Shown in pieces: positions 29,136 to 37,586 of a DNA stretch of 64,000 nucleotides (its first letter is position 1; each line of letters begins with the position of its first letter). The stretch is from IMG/VR virus record IMGVR_UViG_3300042945_002173; one strand, given 5' to 3'. The notes beneath the pieces are model-generated. The model searched no databases, had not been told where the DNA came from, and worked only from the letters and a program-made list of their open reading frames with translations. The DNA is from a virus. Both the position numbers and the translations under genes were made by a program.

Positions 29136-29209
29136 TGAGAGTGAAGCCAAAAGTAAGGCACCCCGACAAGGGATACAGTAGAAGGATGCGAAACCTTCCA
29201 CTCTCACAT
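29136..29209 (+). ncRNA. tRNA-like cloverleaf with non-canonical loops
   Basis: TGAGAGTG/CACTCTCA stem enclosing GCC/GGC, CCC/GGG and GAAGG/CCTTC arms. Confidence 0.55.
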
Positions 29210-29210
29210 T

Positions 29211-29282
29211 GCGGAGTTAGTTCAGTGGTAGAACGCTATCCTTCCAAGTTAGATGTCGTCGGTTCGAATCCGATACTCCGCT
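29211..29282 (+). tRNA. tRNA-Gly(TCC)
   Basis: GCGGAGT/ACTCCGC; loop CT-TCC-AA; GTTCGAATC. Confidence 0.92.
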
Positions 29283-29403
29283 TATAAAACCAAAAAGCTT
29301 GACTGATCCCAAAGAAAATGTTAAGATAAATACCGTGATCAATCGTGCCGCAACTACTTGCACGATTTTCACTATGTCGTTTAGTACTAAAAACAAATTT
29401 TTT

Positions 29404-30897
29404 ATGAAACTCAAACAACTGATGCTTGCACCTGTTGCTCTGGGAATGGTTGCTCCTGTTGCTGCGAATGCCGCAGATCTGAATATGGCAGCAGTCAACC
29501 AATACTCTTCTGAGCAGGTTACAAGTGTCTCACAACTGTCTGATGTTCAACCTTCGGATTGGGCATATCAGGCACTCAGCAACCTTGTAGAGCGTTATGG
29601 TTGCGTTGCTGGTTATCCTAACGGCACCTATGGTGGTGGTAAGGCAATGACCCGATTTGAGGCAGCAGCACTTCTGAATGCTTGCCTTGACCGTGTAACC
29701 GAAGTTACTGATGAACTTCAACGTCTTGCAAAGGAGTTTGCTGATGAACTTGCAGTAATTCGTGGTCGTGTAGATAAACTGGAAGCAAAAGTGGGTGCTC
29801 TGGAAGCAACTCAATTCTCCACCACTACCAAACTGAAAGGTGAAGCATCTTTCGTTCTTGGTGGTGTTGATAATGCTTGGGTTCCTGGTAAGGATGCCAG
29901 TACCAATGTAGGCAATACTGCTTTCAATTACGATCTTCGTATCAATCTTGATACTTCTTTCACTGGAAAGGATCTTCTTCGCACTCGTCTGCGTTCTGGT
30001 AATTTCTCTTCTCAACCCTTTGGTTCCAGTTCTTCACTGTTCAAACTGGATAAGGCAGAGAGCACTGCTGATGTAGTTAAACTGGATCGTCTGTATTATA
30101 GTTTCCCTGCTCTTGCTAAGGGTGTAACTCTGACTGCTGGTGCTCTGGTTCGTAACACTGAGATGACCTGGATTCCTTCTGCTTATAAGTCGGATGTTCT
30201 GGACTTCTTCCAACTTGCTGGTGCTCCTGGTGTCTACAACAAGGCAACTGGTTCTGGTTTTGGTGCTCAATGGGTGCAAGGTAAGAAAGGTTTTGTTGCT
30301 GGTCTGAACTATGTTGCACAAGGTGGTTCTGATTCCACCAAAGGTGAGTTTAACGAAAAAGGTGCTCTGAACACTCTTGCTCAGATTGGTTACCGTGCTC
30401 CTAATTATGGTGTTGCATTCGGTTATCGTTATGGTACTGAAGGCACTCGTGTTCGCACCTTCAATGGTGTTCTGGGTTCTTCTGGTGCTCTTGCTCCTGG
30501 TCAAACCTCTAATGGTTATGCTCTGAGTGCTTACTGGCAACCTTCCAAGTCTGGCATCATTCCTTCTGTGAGTGGTGGTTATGGTTGGAATACTGTAAGT
30601 CTGAATGCCGAAGGTGAAGCAACTCCTAATGGCGCTACCGATTCGCAAACTTGGTACGCTGGTCTCCAGTGGTCTGATGTACTTGCTAAGGGTAATTCTG
30701 CTGGTTTTGCTATCGGTCAGCCTGGTAATGCAGAAGGACTTACTAAGGAAGCAACTATGTGGGAACTGTTCTATAAGTATCGTGTGAGCGACAACATCAC
30801 TGTTACTCCTGCAGTGTTCTATGTTTCGAACAATCAGGCACTTTCGGATACCTCTTCCAACTATGGTGGTGTAATTCAAACTACCTTCCGTTTCTGA
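29404..30897 (+). CDS. som: Cyanobacterial SLH-domain porin (Som/OprB-type)
   Basis: Signal peptide; SDVQPSDWAYQAL...YGCVAGYP...TRFEAA SLH domain; coiled coil; QFSTTTKLKGE; terminal TTFRF. Confidence 0.93.
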   Translation: MKLKQLMLAPVALGMVAPVAANAADLNMAAVNQYSSEQVTSVSQLSDVQPSDWAYQALSNLVERYGCVAGYPNGTYGGGKAMTRFEAAALLNACLDRVTEVTDELQRLAKEFADELAVIRGRVDKLEAKVGALEATQFSTTTKLKGEASFVLGGVDNAWVPGKDASTNVGNTAFNYDLRINLDTSFTGKDLLRTRLRSGNFSSQPFGSSSSLFKLDKAESTADVVKLDRLYYSFPALAKGVTLTAGALVRNTEMTWIPSAYKSDVLDFFQLAGAPGVYNKATGSGFGAQWVQGKKGFVAGLNYVAQGGSDSTKGEFNEKGALNTLAQIGYRAPNYGVAFGYRYGTEGTRVRTFNGVLGSSGALAPGQTSNGYALSAYWQPSKSGIIPSVSGGYGWNTVSLNAEGEATPNGATDSQTWYAGLQWSDVLAKGNSAGFAIGQPGNAEGLTKEATMWELFYKYRVSDNITVTPAVFYVSNNQALSDTSSNYGGVIQTTFRF

Positions 30898-30919
30898 TAA
30901 ACCACTCATAAGTTGAGTG

Positions 30920-30947
30920 AAAGCACCCCAGAAAGGGGTGCTTTTTT
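30920..30947 (+). terminator. Rho-independent terminator
   Basis: AAAGCACCCC-AGAAA-GGGGTGCTTTTTT. Confidence 0.9.
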
Positions 30948-30955
30948 ATGAAACC

Positions 30956-31006
30956 AGAACCTTAACCAAATCTTAGTGGACTTTAAGGTTCTCTTCCAGT
31001 ATTATT
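30956..31006 (+). promoter_or_regulatory. Putative Pho-box-like regulatory region of pstS
   Basis: CTTAACCA, CTTAGTGG and TTAAGG units at ~11-bp spacing; 10-bp inverted repeat AGAACCTTAA/TTAAGGTTCT; TATTAT -10. Confidence 0.55.
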
Positions 31007-31041
31007 ACTTACGAAGTCAATTCACTTCCAAAAAACTTTTT

Positions 31042-32004
31042 ATGAAACTCAAAAATCTTATTGCTATTGGTCTGGTTGCTGCTCCTGCTGCTGCTCTTGC
31101 TGGACCTGCTCTGAATGGTGCTGGAGCTACGTTTCCCGCCCCAATTTATCAACGATGGTTCCAGGATTTTGCTTCGTCTACTGGAAATCGTGTTAATTAC
31201 CAATCTGTTGGTTCTGGTGCTGGTGTTCGTCAGTTCATCGCTGGGACCGTCGATTTTGGTGCGTCTGATGAACCGATCAAAGCATCGGAAGCAGCAAAGG
31301 TGAAGCGTGGTGTCGTTCAAATCCCTATGGTGGGTGGAACGATTGCTGTCGCTTATAACAAACCTGGATGCAAACTAAAACTGACCCAGAAGCAAACCGT
31401 TGATGTATTCTCTGGACGCATTAAGGATTGGAAAGCACTTGGTTGCTCCGCTGGTCCTATTCAAGTGGTGTATCGTTCTGATGGATCTGGAACTACCTTT
31501 GCATTCACCAACTCTCTGGATGCATTCGGTGGTTGGGCTCCTGGTGTTGGTAAGGCAGTCAAGTGGCCTACTGGTGTTGGTTCAAAAGGTAACGAAGGTG
31601 TTGCTGGAACCATCAAGAACACTGCTGGTGCGATTGGCTATGTGAATACTGGATTTGTTCGTGCTAACAAACTCCAAGCAGCAGTTCTTCAAAACAAGGC
31701 AGGTAAGTTTGTTGGACCTTCTGCTGCAACTGGTTCTGCTGCTCTGAATGGTATTACTCTGGATGCAAACCTTGCTGGCGAGAACCCCAATCCTGCTGGT
31801 GTAAATGCATATCCCATTTCTACTTTGACTTGGATTCTTGCTTATAAGAAAGGTAATGGTGCAAAGGCAGATGATATTCGTGCCGCTATTAACTATGCTC
31901 TAAGCACAAAGGCACAATCTATTGCTGATGATCTTGGATATGTTCCTCTTTCTGGTAGCGTTCTGAACAAAGCACGTCTTGCTGTTGGTCGCATCGGTAA
32001 CTGA
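31042..32004 (+). CDS. pstS: Phosphate ABC transporter substrate-binding protein
   Basis: LNGAGATFPAPIY; NYQSVGSGAG; DFGASD; RSDGSGTT; YPI. Confidence 0.97.
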   Translation: MKLKNLIAIGLVAAPAAALAGPALNGAGATFPAPIYQRWFQDFASSTGNRVNYQSVGSGAGVRQFIAGTVDFGASDEPIKASEAAKVKRGVVQIPMVGGTIAVAYNKPGCKLKLTQKQTVDVFSGRIKDWKALGCSAGPIQVVYRSDGSGTTFAFTNSLDAFGGWAPGVGKAVKWPTGVGSKGNEGVAGTIKNTAGAIGYVNTGFVRANKLQAAVLQNKAGKFVGPSAATGSAALNGITLDANLAGENPNPAGVNAYPISTLTWILAYKKGNGAKADDIRAAINYALSTKAQSIADDLGYVPLSGSVLNKARLAVGRIGN

Positions 32005-32011
32005 CATACAT

Positions 32012-32047
32012 AGGGGGGTTGACAAAACCCCCTTTTTAATGTATTAT
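32012..32047 (+). terminator. Terminator with embedded sigma70 promoter
   Basis: AGGGGGGTT-GACA-AAACCCCCTTTTT; TTGACA-N17-TATTAT. Confidence 0.8.
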
Positions 32048-32068
32048 AGATAACGAGTTAGGAGGTTT

Positions 32069-32227
32069 ATGTCTCTTATTTCCCAAACAGACCGTCAAAT
32101 GGTCATTGAGGCGCTTGAATACTATATTCATAAACTAAAAGAAGATAATTGTACAGAAGCATCAATTTATGCATATAATACACTTCTTCGTTGGATAGAA
32201 CTGGAGTACTTTAAGAATGAAAATTAA
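32069..32227 (+). CDS. Small hypothetical protein (52 aa)
   Basis: AGGAGG RBS; MSLISQTDRQMVIEALEYY. Confidence 0.7.
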   Translation: MSLISQTDRQMVIEALEYYIHKLKEDNCTEASIYAYNTLLRWIELEYFKNEN

Positions 32228-32381
32228 TCTCTGGTTCTGCATTGAAATGAATCAATGGCGTTGGACTCTGACAGATGACCATCGTCCAATTATCAAACAA
32301 GAATCTGGGCAAAGGGAAAATCTCCGTGACGCTATGAATGATGTAGCAAATACAGTTGAATATCTTATGAGTCAATCTTGA
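32217..32381 (+). CDS. Small hypothetical protein (54 aa)
   Basis: GGAG RBS; MKINLWFCIEMNQWRWTL. Confidence 0.65.
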   Translation: MKINLWFCIEMNQWRWTLTDDHRPIIKQESGQRENLRDAMNDVANTVEYLMSQS

Positions 32382-32389
32382 CTTTTTAT

Positions 32390-32461
32390 GGGCGATTGGC
32401 GCAGCGGTAGCGCAGCTGCTTTACACGCAGACGGTCATTGGTTCGAATCCGATATTGCCCA
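32390..32461 (+). tRNA. tRNA-Val(TAC)
   Basis: GGGCGAT/ATTGCCC; loop TT-TAC-AC; GTTCGAATC. Confidence 0.92.
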
Positions 32462-32506
32462 TTATAAATATTTAAAAAAATTGAAGAAGTATAACTGATT
32501 ATACAA

Positions 32507-32764
32507 ATGGAAAATTTAAGAATCAGATGCCGCTCCTGTGGAAAGGAGTTAGAGGGGCATCCTACGAAAACTGTGTCTTGTGGTTGCTCTAATATGGCAT
32601 CCATTCGTGGTGATAAGATTTCAGCAGTTGACTTATCTGCTGTTATTATGTTAAACTCTTATGGTCATAAATCAAAACCTGGTGTTCTTACTAACGAAGA
32701 TCTTGCCTTCCAAGAGGCAAGAAGACAACGTAAAGTAAGACGTTTAGATTTTGAAGTCCGTTGA
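32507..32764 (+). CDS. Zn-ribbon hypothetical protein
   Basis: CRSCG...CGCSN; TATAAATA upstream. Confidence 0.7.
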   Translation: MENLRIRCRSCGKELEGHPTKTVSCGCSNMASIRGDKISAVDLSAVIMLNSYGHKSKPGVLTNEDLAFQEARRQRKVRRLDFEVR

Positions 32765-32775
32765 GGACTTTTATT

Positions 32776-32862
32776 GGAAGCGTGGCAGAGTCCGGTTTAT
32801 TGCGTTTGTCTTGAAAACAAATGAGGGTAAGACCTCCACTGGTTCGAATCCAGTCGCTTCCG
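32776..32862 (+). tRNA. tRNA-Ser(TGA)
   Basis: GGAAGCG/CGCTTCC; loop CT-TGA-AA; long variable arm. Confidence 0.93.
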
Positions 32863-32974
32863 TTACAAATATTACAAAATTTTAGATTTTCTTAATCTAT
32901 ATTTTTGTATCAACACAAACTTGACATAGTACAAATACCCACTAGCATAACTAGTAGTATTCAACCTAAACCCT

Positions 32975-33124
32975 ATGGATCAGCGCACCTACGATAATTG
33001 GGTGAAGATCAAGGAGACTTTTGAAGCCTCTGGGAACATGGATAATATGTTCTATAAGAGAGCAGTCGAAATAGTCAAAACCCGCAGAGATCCTCTTGCA
33101 AAGTTTCTTGGAGATGAGAAATGA
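32975..33124 (+). CDS. Small hypothetical protein (49 aa, MDQRTYDNWVKIKETFE...)
   Basis: First ORF after promoter; ATGA overlap with next gene. Confidence 0.6.
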   Translation: MDQRTYDNWVKIKETFEASGNMDNMFYKRAVEIVKTRRDPLAKFLGDEK

Positions 33125-33327
33125 TGGAACCATTTGATGATGATTATGTAACTCGCACAGAAGTGCAGGAGATGATCGATGCAGCAATACGACGACACAA
33201 CCGTAATGCTTCTATCATTAGTATGTGCGTCGGTTGGGTGGTTCTTGCTTTATTTGCTGAGGGACTTTTAAGGTTGATAGGCGTCATTCCACCAGTTTTG
33301 CCATGGTTAAACATTACCCTGAAATAA
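33121..33327 (+). CDS. Small membrane protein
   Basis: EMIDAAIRRHNRNASIIS plus TM helix. Confidence 0.65.
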   Translation: MMEPFDDDYVTRTEVQEMIDAAIRRHNRNASIISMCVGWVVLALFAEGLLRLIGVIPPVLPWLNITLK

Positions 33328-33676
33328 TAGGAATCTTTTTCCTTCTGGTGTTTGCTGCCACTATGTTCTATCAAGGAACTTGTATTATGAGAGGTCAAAG
33401 AGGATATTCACTCAGAGATTATATGAAACAAGAAAGTTCAAGTATGCGTAAACGAATAGAAGAACTTTTAAAGGACAAATGATAACTTTAACCGAAGAAG
33501 ATTTGCAAGAGTTGCAAGAAAGAGTCATGCGGCAAAAAATGGAAGAGTTATTTGAAGAACCATCTACTTATGAGGATGAGAAAGATGATTAAAACTTTTA
33601 TATCTTCACTTTTACTTTTTAGTTCTATTGCATCGTTCATTTATTGGGGACTTACACACGCATATCCAGGAGTTGT

Positions 33677-34720
33677 ATGAAAGTAGGATTAATCGGACTA
33701 GGACGGATGGGAGAAGGAATGTCCCGTCGAATGATGAAAGCAGGTATTGAGGTTTGGGGTTATAGGAGGAATTATGAGAAAGCACAAGAAGCATATGAAA
33801 ACGGATATGTTAACGGTGTTACAACTTCTATACAAAGCCTTGCTCAGGTAGTAAAACATACTCAGAGTGGAGTATCAGACAAATATGGACCAGGCATCTT
33901 TATGATGGTTGTACCAGCAGAAACAGTAGAGGAGACAATCAATGAGTTACTACGATATTGTGACGAAGGAGATATTATTATTGATCATGGCAATAGCAAT
34001 TTTAAAGACAGTAGGAAAAGAGCAGAACGTTTGGCAAAGTTGGGTATCCAATATATTGATTGTGGCACTAGCGGTGGTGTTTATGGTCTGGATCGTGGAT
34101 ACTGTCTTATGGTTGGAGGTGGAAATACTGCAGTCGCCACTTGTTCGCGCATTTTTGATGCCCTCTCACCAGGAATTGACGCTGCCCCCAGGACTCAATT
34201 TAACTCAGACGTAACCTCTGCTGAGTTTGGTTGGTTACATTGTGGCGGACCAGGGGCAGGACATTTTGTGAAGATGGTTCACAATGGAATCGAATACGGC
34301 ATTATGCAGGCATATGCCGAAGGATTCAATATTCTCAAGAACGCTAATGCAGGTGCTCAGTATGTCAGAGAAGGAGATGCAGAGGTTGCCCCAATGGCGG
34401 ATCCAGAATCCTATTGTTATGATATTGATGTTGCTGAGGTTGCTGAGTTGTGGCGTCGTGGTAGCGTGGTTGGGTCTTGGTTACTTGATCTTACTGCTGA
34501 TGTGTTACGCAGGGATGGTGAGCTTAAACAGTTCTCTGGAGGCGTATCCGACAGTGGTGAGGGTCGTTGGACTGTTTCTGCCGCTGTGGATTTGGGGGTT
34601 CCCGCTCCTGTCATTACTACTGCACTATTTGAAAGATTTAACTCACGCAATCTCGGATCGTTCGGAGCAAAGATCCTAAACGGAATGCGTTATATGTTCG
34701 GTGGACATCATGTTAGGTAA
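33677..34720 (+). CDS. gnd: 6-phosphogluconate dehydrogenase (short, decarboxylating)
   Basis: GLIGLGRMG; IDHGNS; DCGTSGG; GAGHFVKMVHNGIEYG; DSGEGRW. Confidence 0.96.
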   Translation: MKVGLIGLGRMGEGMSRRMMKAGIEVWGYRRNYEKAQEAYENGYVNGVTTSIQSLAQVVKHTQSGVSDKYGPGIFMMVVPAETVEETINELLRYCDEGDIIIDHGNSNFKDSRKRAERLAKLGIQYIDCGTSGGVYGLDRGYCLMVGGGNTAVATCSRIFDALSPGIDAAPRTQFNSDVTSAEFGWLHCGGPGAGHFVKMVHNGIEYGIMQAYAEGFNILKNANAGAQYVREGDAEVAPMADPESYCYDIDVAEVAELWRRGSVVGSWLLDLTADVLRRDGELKQFSGGVSDSGEGRWTVSAAVDLGVPAPVITTALFERFNSRNLGSFGAKILNGMRYMFGGHHVR

Positions 34721-34829
34721 AGTACTTTTATTTGTTTCAGTTCCTTTCGTATTAACAACTCTTTATTTCGGAACAAAAGGAGGGTATTATGATACCGAAA
34801 AGTATAAAGGAAACGGAACCGCACATTAG
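34710..34829 (+). CDS. ndhP: NDH-1 subunit NdhP (39 aa)
   Basis: MLGKVLLFVSVPFVLTTLYFGTKGGYYDTEKYKGNGTAH: TM helix plus FGTxxGxYDxxxYxGNGxAH signature; not in ORF track. Confidence 0.85.
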   Translation: MLGKVLLFVSVPFVLTTLYFGTKGGYYDTEKYKGNGTAH

Positions 34830-35010
34830 GCAGCGGTATCACTTTGCAACATCAGCATTTGTAAGAATGTGGGGGCATAGTTCATTACACGATCGTCGTA
34901 TCGTAGAATTCTGTGAGGTATGGGCGCATAGAACTGAAAACGCACCATTGGATGATAGAGTATTGGATCAATATTTCTATTATGAATTTAAAACTTGGAG
35001 AGGATACTGA
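34789..35010 (+). CDS. Hypothetical protein
   Basis: AGGAGG RBS; 73 aa. Confidence 0.55.
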   Translation: MIPKSIKETEPHIRQRYHFATSAFVRMWGHSSLHDRRIVEFCEVWAHRTENAPLDDRVLDQYFYYEFKTWRGY

Positions 35011-35162
35011 TGGGACACTTTGCACGATGGGTATTGGAAAACCCATATACACTTGGATTTCTTGGATATATTTTGATTGTTCTTCCTATTATGGGTATAT
35101 GGGCGATTCATAAATACGAATGGCAGCACTGGGCACCATTTGACAAAGGGCACAAGAAGTAA
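35010..35162 (+). CDS. Small membrane protein (50 aa)
   Basis: TGATG coupling; MGHFARWVLENPYTLGFLGYILIVLP. Confidence 0.6.
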   Translation: MGHFARWVLENPYTLGFLGYILIVLPIMGIWAIHKYEWQHWAPFDKGHKK

Positions 35163-35208
35163 AGGTTCAAAACATATAAATAGTTTTGAACTTACTTGAT
35201 AAGTTTTT

Positions 35209-35535
35209 ATGCCGTATTCAAATCCAGAACAACAAAAAGCCGCACAGAAGCAGTGGTATGAGAAAAACAAGTCTATTACCGCTCAAAGATCAAAAGAGGC
35301 TAGACAAAGGAAGAGAATGTGGTATAATAATATTATGGATGAAAAGTCCTGTGAGAGATGTGGAGAAAATGATAATGCCTGTTTAGACTGGCATCATCTC
35401 AATCCAAAAGAAAAAGAACACGATATTGCTTTTTTACTTTGTAATAGAAGTAAAGAATCAATTTTAGAAGAGATGGAAAAATGTATCTGTCTTTGTTCTA
35501 ACTGTCACAGAAAACTTCATTACTACGGGGCGTAG
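35209..35535 (+). mobile_element. HNH endonuclease, putative homing endonuclease, overlapping tRNA-Pro
   Basis: CERCG...LDWHH...CICLCSNCHRKLH. Confidence 0.8.
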
Positions 35536-35596
35536 TATAGTGGTAGAATGCCGCTTTTGGGAAGCGGAGGTGCAAGTTCGATTCTTGCCGCCCCGA
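35526..35596 (+). tRNA. tRNA-Pro(TGG)
   Basis: CGGGGCG/CGCCCCG; CCGCT-TTTGGGA-AGCGG; GTTCGATTC; weak D stem. Confidence 0.88.
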
Positions 35597-35620
35597 TCGC
35601 CAGTTACTTCACTGGCACAC

Positions 35621-35649
35621 TTGACACAAAAACTCAAACACCTTATAAT
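35621..35649 (+). promoter_or_regulatory. Sigma70 early promoter
   Basis: TTGACA-N17-TATAAT. Confidence 0.8.
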
Positions 35650-35672
35650 ACTAGGGTAAACAAAACAAAACA

Positions 35673-35888
35673 ATGTCTCTGATTCAAAAATTCAAAAAGG
35701 ATGTTAGCACTCTACGTTCTGCTGCTAACGGGGAAATCTACCTTGATGTAAAGAATCCGAAACTTTATAAAAAGGTTCGCCGCTTCTATGAAAATGAAGG
35801 GGTGGTATTTTCCGGTGATCCTCTTGATGATTACGAAATTCTTATGGAGTATATTGATCAGGATCTTGAATCTGTTGAGGTTGCATGA
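35673..35888 (+). CDS. Conserved hypothetical protein
   Basis: LDVKNPKLYKKVRRFYENEGV. Confidence 0.7.
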   Translation: MSLIQKFKKDVSTLRSAANGEIYLDVKNPKLYKKVRRFYENEGVVFSGDPLDDYEILMEYIDQDLESVEVA

Positions 35889-36121
35889 AAACCAAAGTTC
35901 TTCTGGAGCGTGAAGGATATCGTTTCGTAGAGGCAGGTATCCTTGAAATTAACGGTAAACCTGATTACCGTTTACAAAAACAAAACGAATACACCAAACG
36001 CTGGAATGACATTTATCTTTTTGATAATGGTCTACAATGTACTACTGCTATGGAAGACATTGACTATGCGCGTTGGTTAGATCCAGATAGAGTTCCTTGT
36101 TATGTAAGAGATGATGATTAA
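35885..36121 (+). CDS. Conserved hypothetical protein
   Basis: ATGA coupling; NGKPDYRLQ. Confidence 0.7.
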   Translation: MKTKVLLEREGYRFVEAGILEINGKPDYRLQKQNEYTKRWNDIYLFDNGLQCTTAMEDIDYARWLDPDRVPCYVRDDD

Positions 36122-36123
36122 AT

Positions 36124-36520
36124 AGTCACGGATGGACTTTAACAGCACTGGTCGGGAGCAAACCCCTAATGTCAAAATCTGATTTACTTCGGTGGATTGG
36201 AAATATTCTTCTTATAATTGGTTATCAAACTATGTTATGGGGAGAATTTAAATATGGTTTATTAATAAAGGTTATTGGAGGTTTACTCACAGTGCCTTTT
36301 GCTATTAAACTTAAACTTTGGGATGTACTATTCTTATGTGCATTCTTTGGTATTACCGAGATATCAAAGTTAACCCAACTTTTCTTAGTTTAGTAAAACT
36401 AAGTGGTGGAGTCAAATATGACCCTATTGTTTTCTTGCTTTTCTCAAGAGCAAGTGGTGCGGATGGGACTCTCTCCCGCCTGGTTTCCAATTTCCAGTTA
36501 AAGAATTGGTGGCGAGCCTG
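36124..36520 (+). ncRNA. manA-like RNA motif (modular hairpins) interrupted by a small ORF
   Basis: AGTCACGGATGGACT..TGGTCGGG module; three TTTC-hairpin-GTGG modules; near a tRNA and before nucleotide-sugar genes; family call from memory. Confidence 0.7.
36169..36393 (+). CDS. Small multi-TM membrane protein (74 aa) inside the manA-like RNA
   Basis: GGGAG RBS; three hydrophobic helices. Confidence 0.65.
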   Translation: MSKSDLLRWIGNILLIIGYQTMLWGEFKYGLLIKVIGGLLTVPFAIKLKLWDVLFLCAFFGITEISKLTQLFLV

Positions 36521-36527
36521 AGTTACA

Positions 36528-36564
36528 GAGGTGGGTTGCATAAACCCATCTTTTTTAGTATAAT
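36528..36564 (+). terminator. Terminator with embedded sigma70 promoter for the glycan island
   Basis: GAGGTGGGTT-GCAT-AAACCCATCTTTTTT; TTGCAT-N17-TATAAT. Confidence 0.75.
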
Positions 36565-36584
36565 GGTAAAAAGTATTCTTGTTT

Positions 36585-37586
36585 ATGAAGGTTGCATTAA
36601 TCACTGGAATCACAGGTCAAGACGGTTCTTATCTTGCCGAACTTCTTTTGGAGAAAGGATATGAAGTTCATGGTATTGTAAGACGTGCATCTTTGATTAA
36701 TACGCATCGTATAGATCATTTGTATCAAAATGTTAAGTTACATTACGGAGACTTAACAGACTCTACTAATATAGTAAGAGTCATACAGAAAGTCCAACCT
36801 GATGAAATTTATAATCTTGGTGCTCAAAGTCATGTCAAAGTATCCTTTGAGATGCCTGAATACACTGCTGATGTGGATGGTGTGGGAACTCTTCGGGTTC
36901 TTGAAGCAGTGCGTCTTTTGGGTATGGAAGACCGTGTACGCATCTATCAGGCATCTACCAGCGAACTTTACGGATTGGTTCAAGAAACTCCTCAAAGTGA
37001 AACTACTCCTTTTTATCCCCGTTCTCCTTATGGGGTAGCAAAACTCTATGGATATTGGATAACCAAAAACTATCGTGAAGCATATGGGATGTATGCTTGT
37101 ACTGGAATTCTGTTTAATCACGAATCACCAAGACGTGGAGAAACGTTTGTAACACGTAAGATTACTCGTGGTCTTTCAAAGATTTCTTGCGGACTTCAAG
37201 ATGTTCTTGAACTTGGTAATCTAAATGCTAAACGTGACTGGGGACACGCTAAGGACTTTGTAGAAGCAATGTGGTTGATGCTTCAACAAGATGAACCAGA
37301 AGATTATGTGATTGCAACTGGTGTTCAGTACTCTGTAAAGGAGTTTGTGGAAGAATCGGCACCTTACTTTGGAATGAAGATTGAATGGGAAGGTGAGGGT
37401 CTTGATGAGGTTGGTATTGATAAACTTACTGGCAGAACGGTCATTAGAGTCAATCCTAAATATTTTCGACCTGCTGAAGTAGAGACTTTATTAGGTGATG
37501 CCTCTAAGGCAAAAGAAAAATTAGGTTGGGAACCTAAGATTTCTTTCAAACAATTAGTTGAGGATATGTGCATTTATGGACAGTGA
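36585..37586 (+). CDS. gmd: GDP-mannose 4,6-dehydratase
   Basis: [16 protein letters not shown]; AQSHVKVSF; [10 protein letters not shown]; RDWGHAKD. Confidence 0.98.
   Translation: MKVALITGITGQDGSYLAELLLEKGYEVHGIVRRASLINTHRIDHLYQNVKLHYGDLTDSTNIVRVIQKVQPDEIYNLGAQSHVKVSFEMPEYTADVDGVGTLRVLEAVRLLGMEDRVRIYQASTSELYGLVQETPQSETTPFYPRSPYGVAKLYGYWITKNYREAYGMYACTGILFNHESPRRGETFVTRKITRGLSKISCGLQDVLELGNLNAKRDWGHAKDFVEAMWLMLQQDEPEDYVIATGVQYSVKEFVEESAPYFGMKIEWEGEGLDEVGIDKLTGRTVIRVNPKYFRPAEVETLLGDASKAKEKLGWEPKISFKQLVEDMCIYGQ

Noticed and set aside
30034-30909. 291-aa antisense ORF within the porin
   Set aside because: Expected from biased codon usage of the sense gene; no RBS or protein-like motifs
32776-32862. 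Suppressor tRNA or stop-codon recoding
   Set aside because: Anticodon TGA reads UCA (Ser); known genes are full length in the standard code using all three stops
32862-32879. HLR1-like GTTACAAA-T-ATTACAAA after tRNA-Ser
   Set aside because: 9-bp rather than 10-bp period in AT-rich DNA; could be chance
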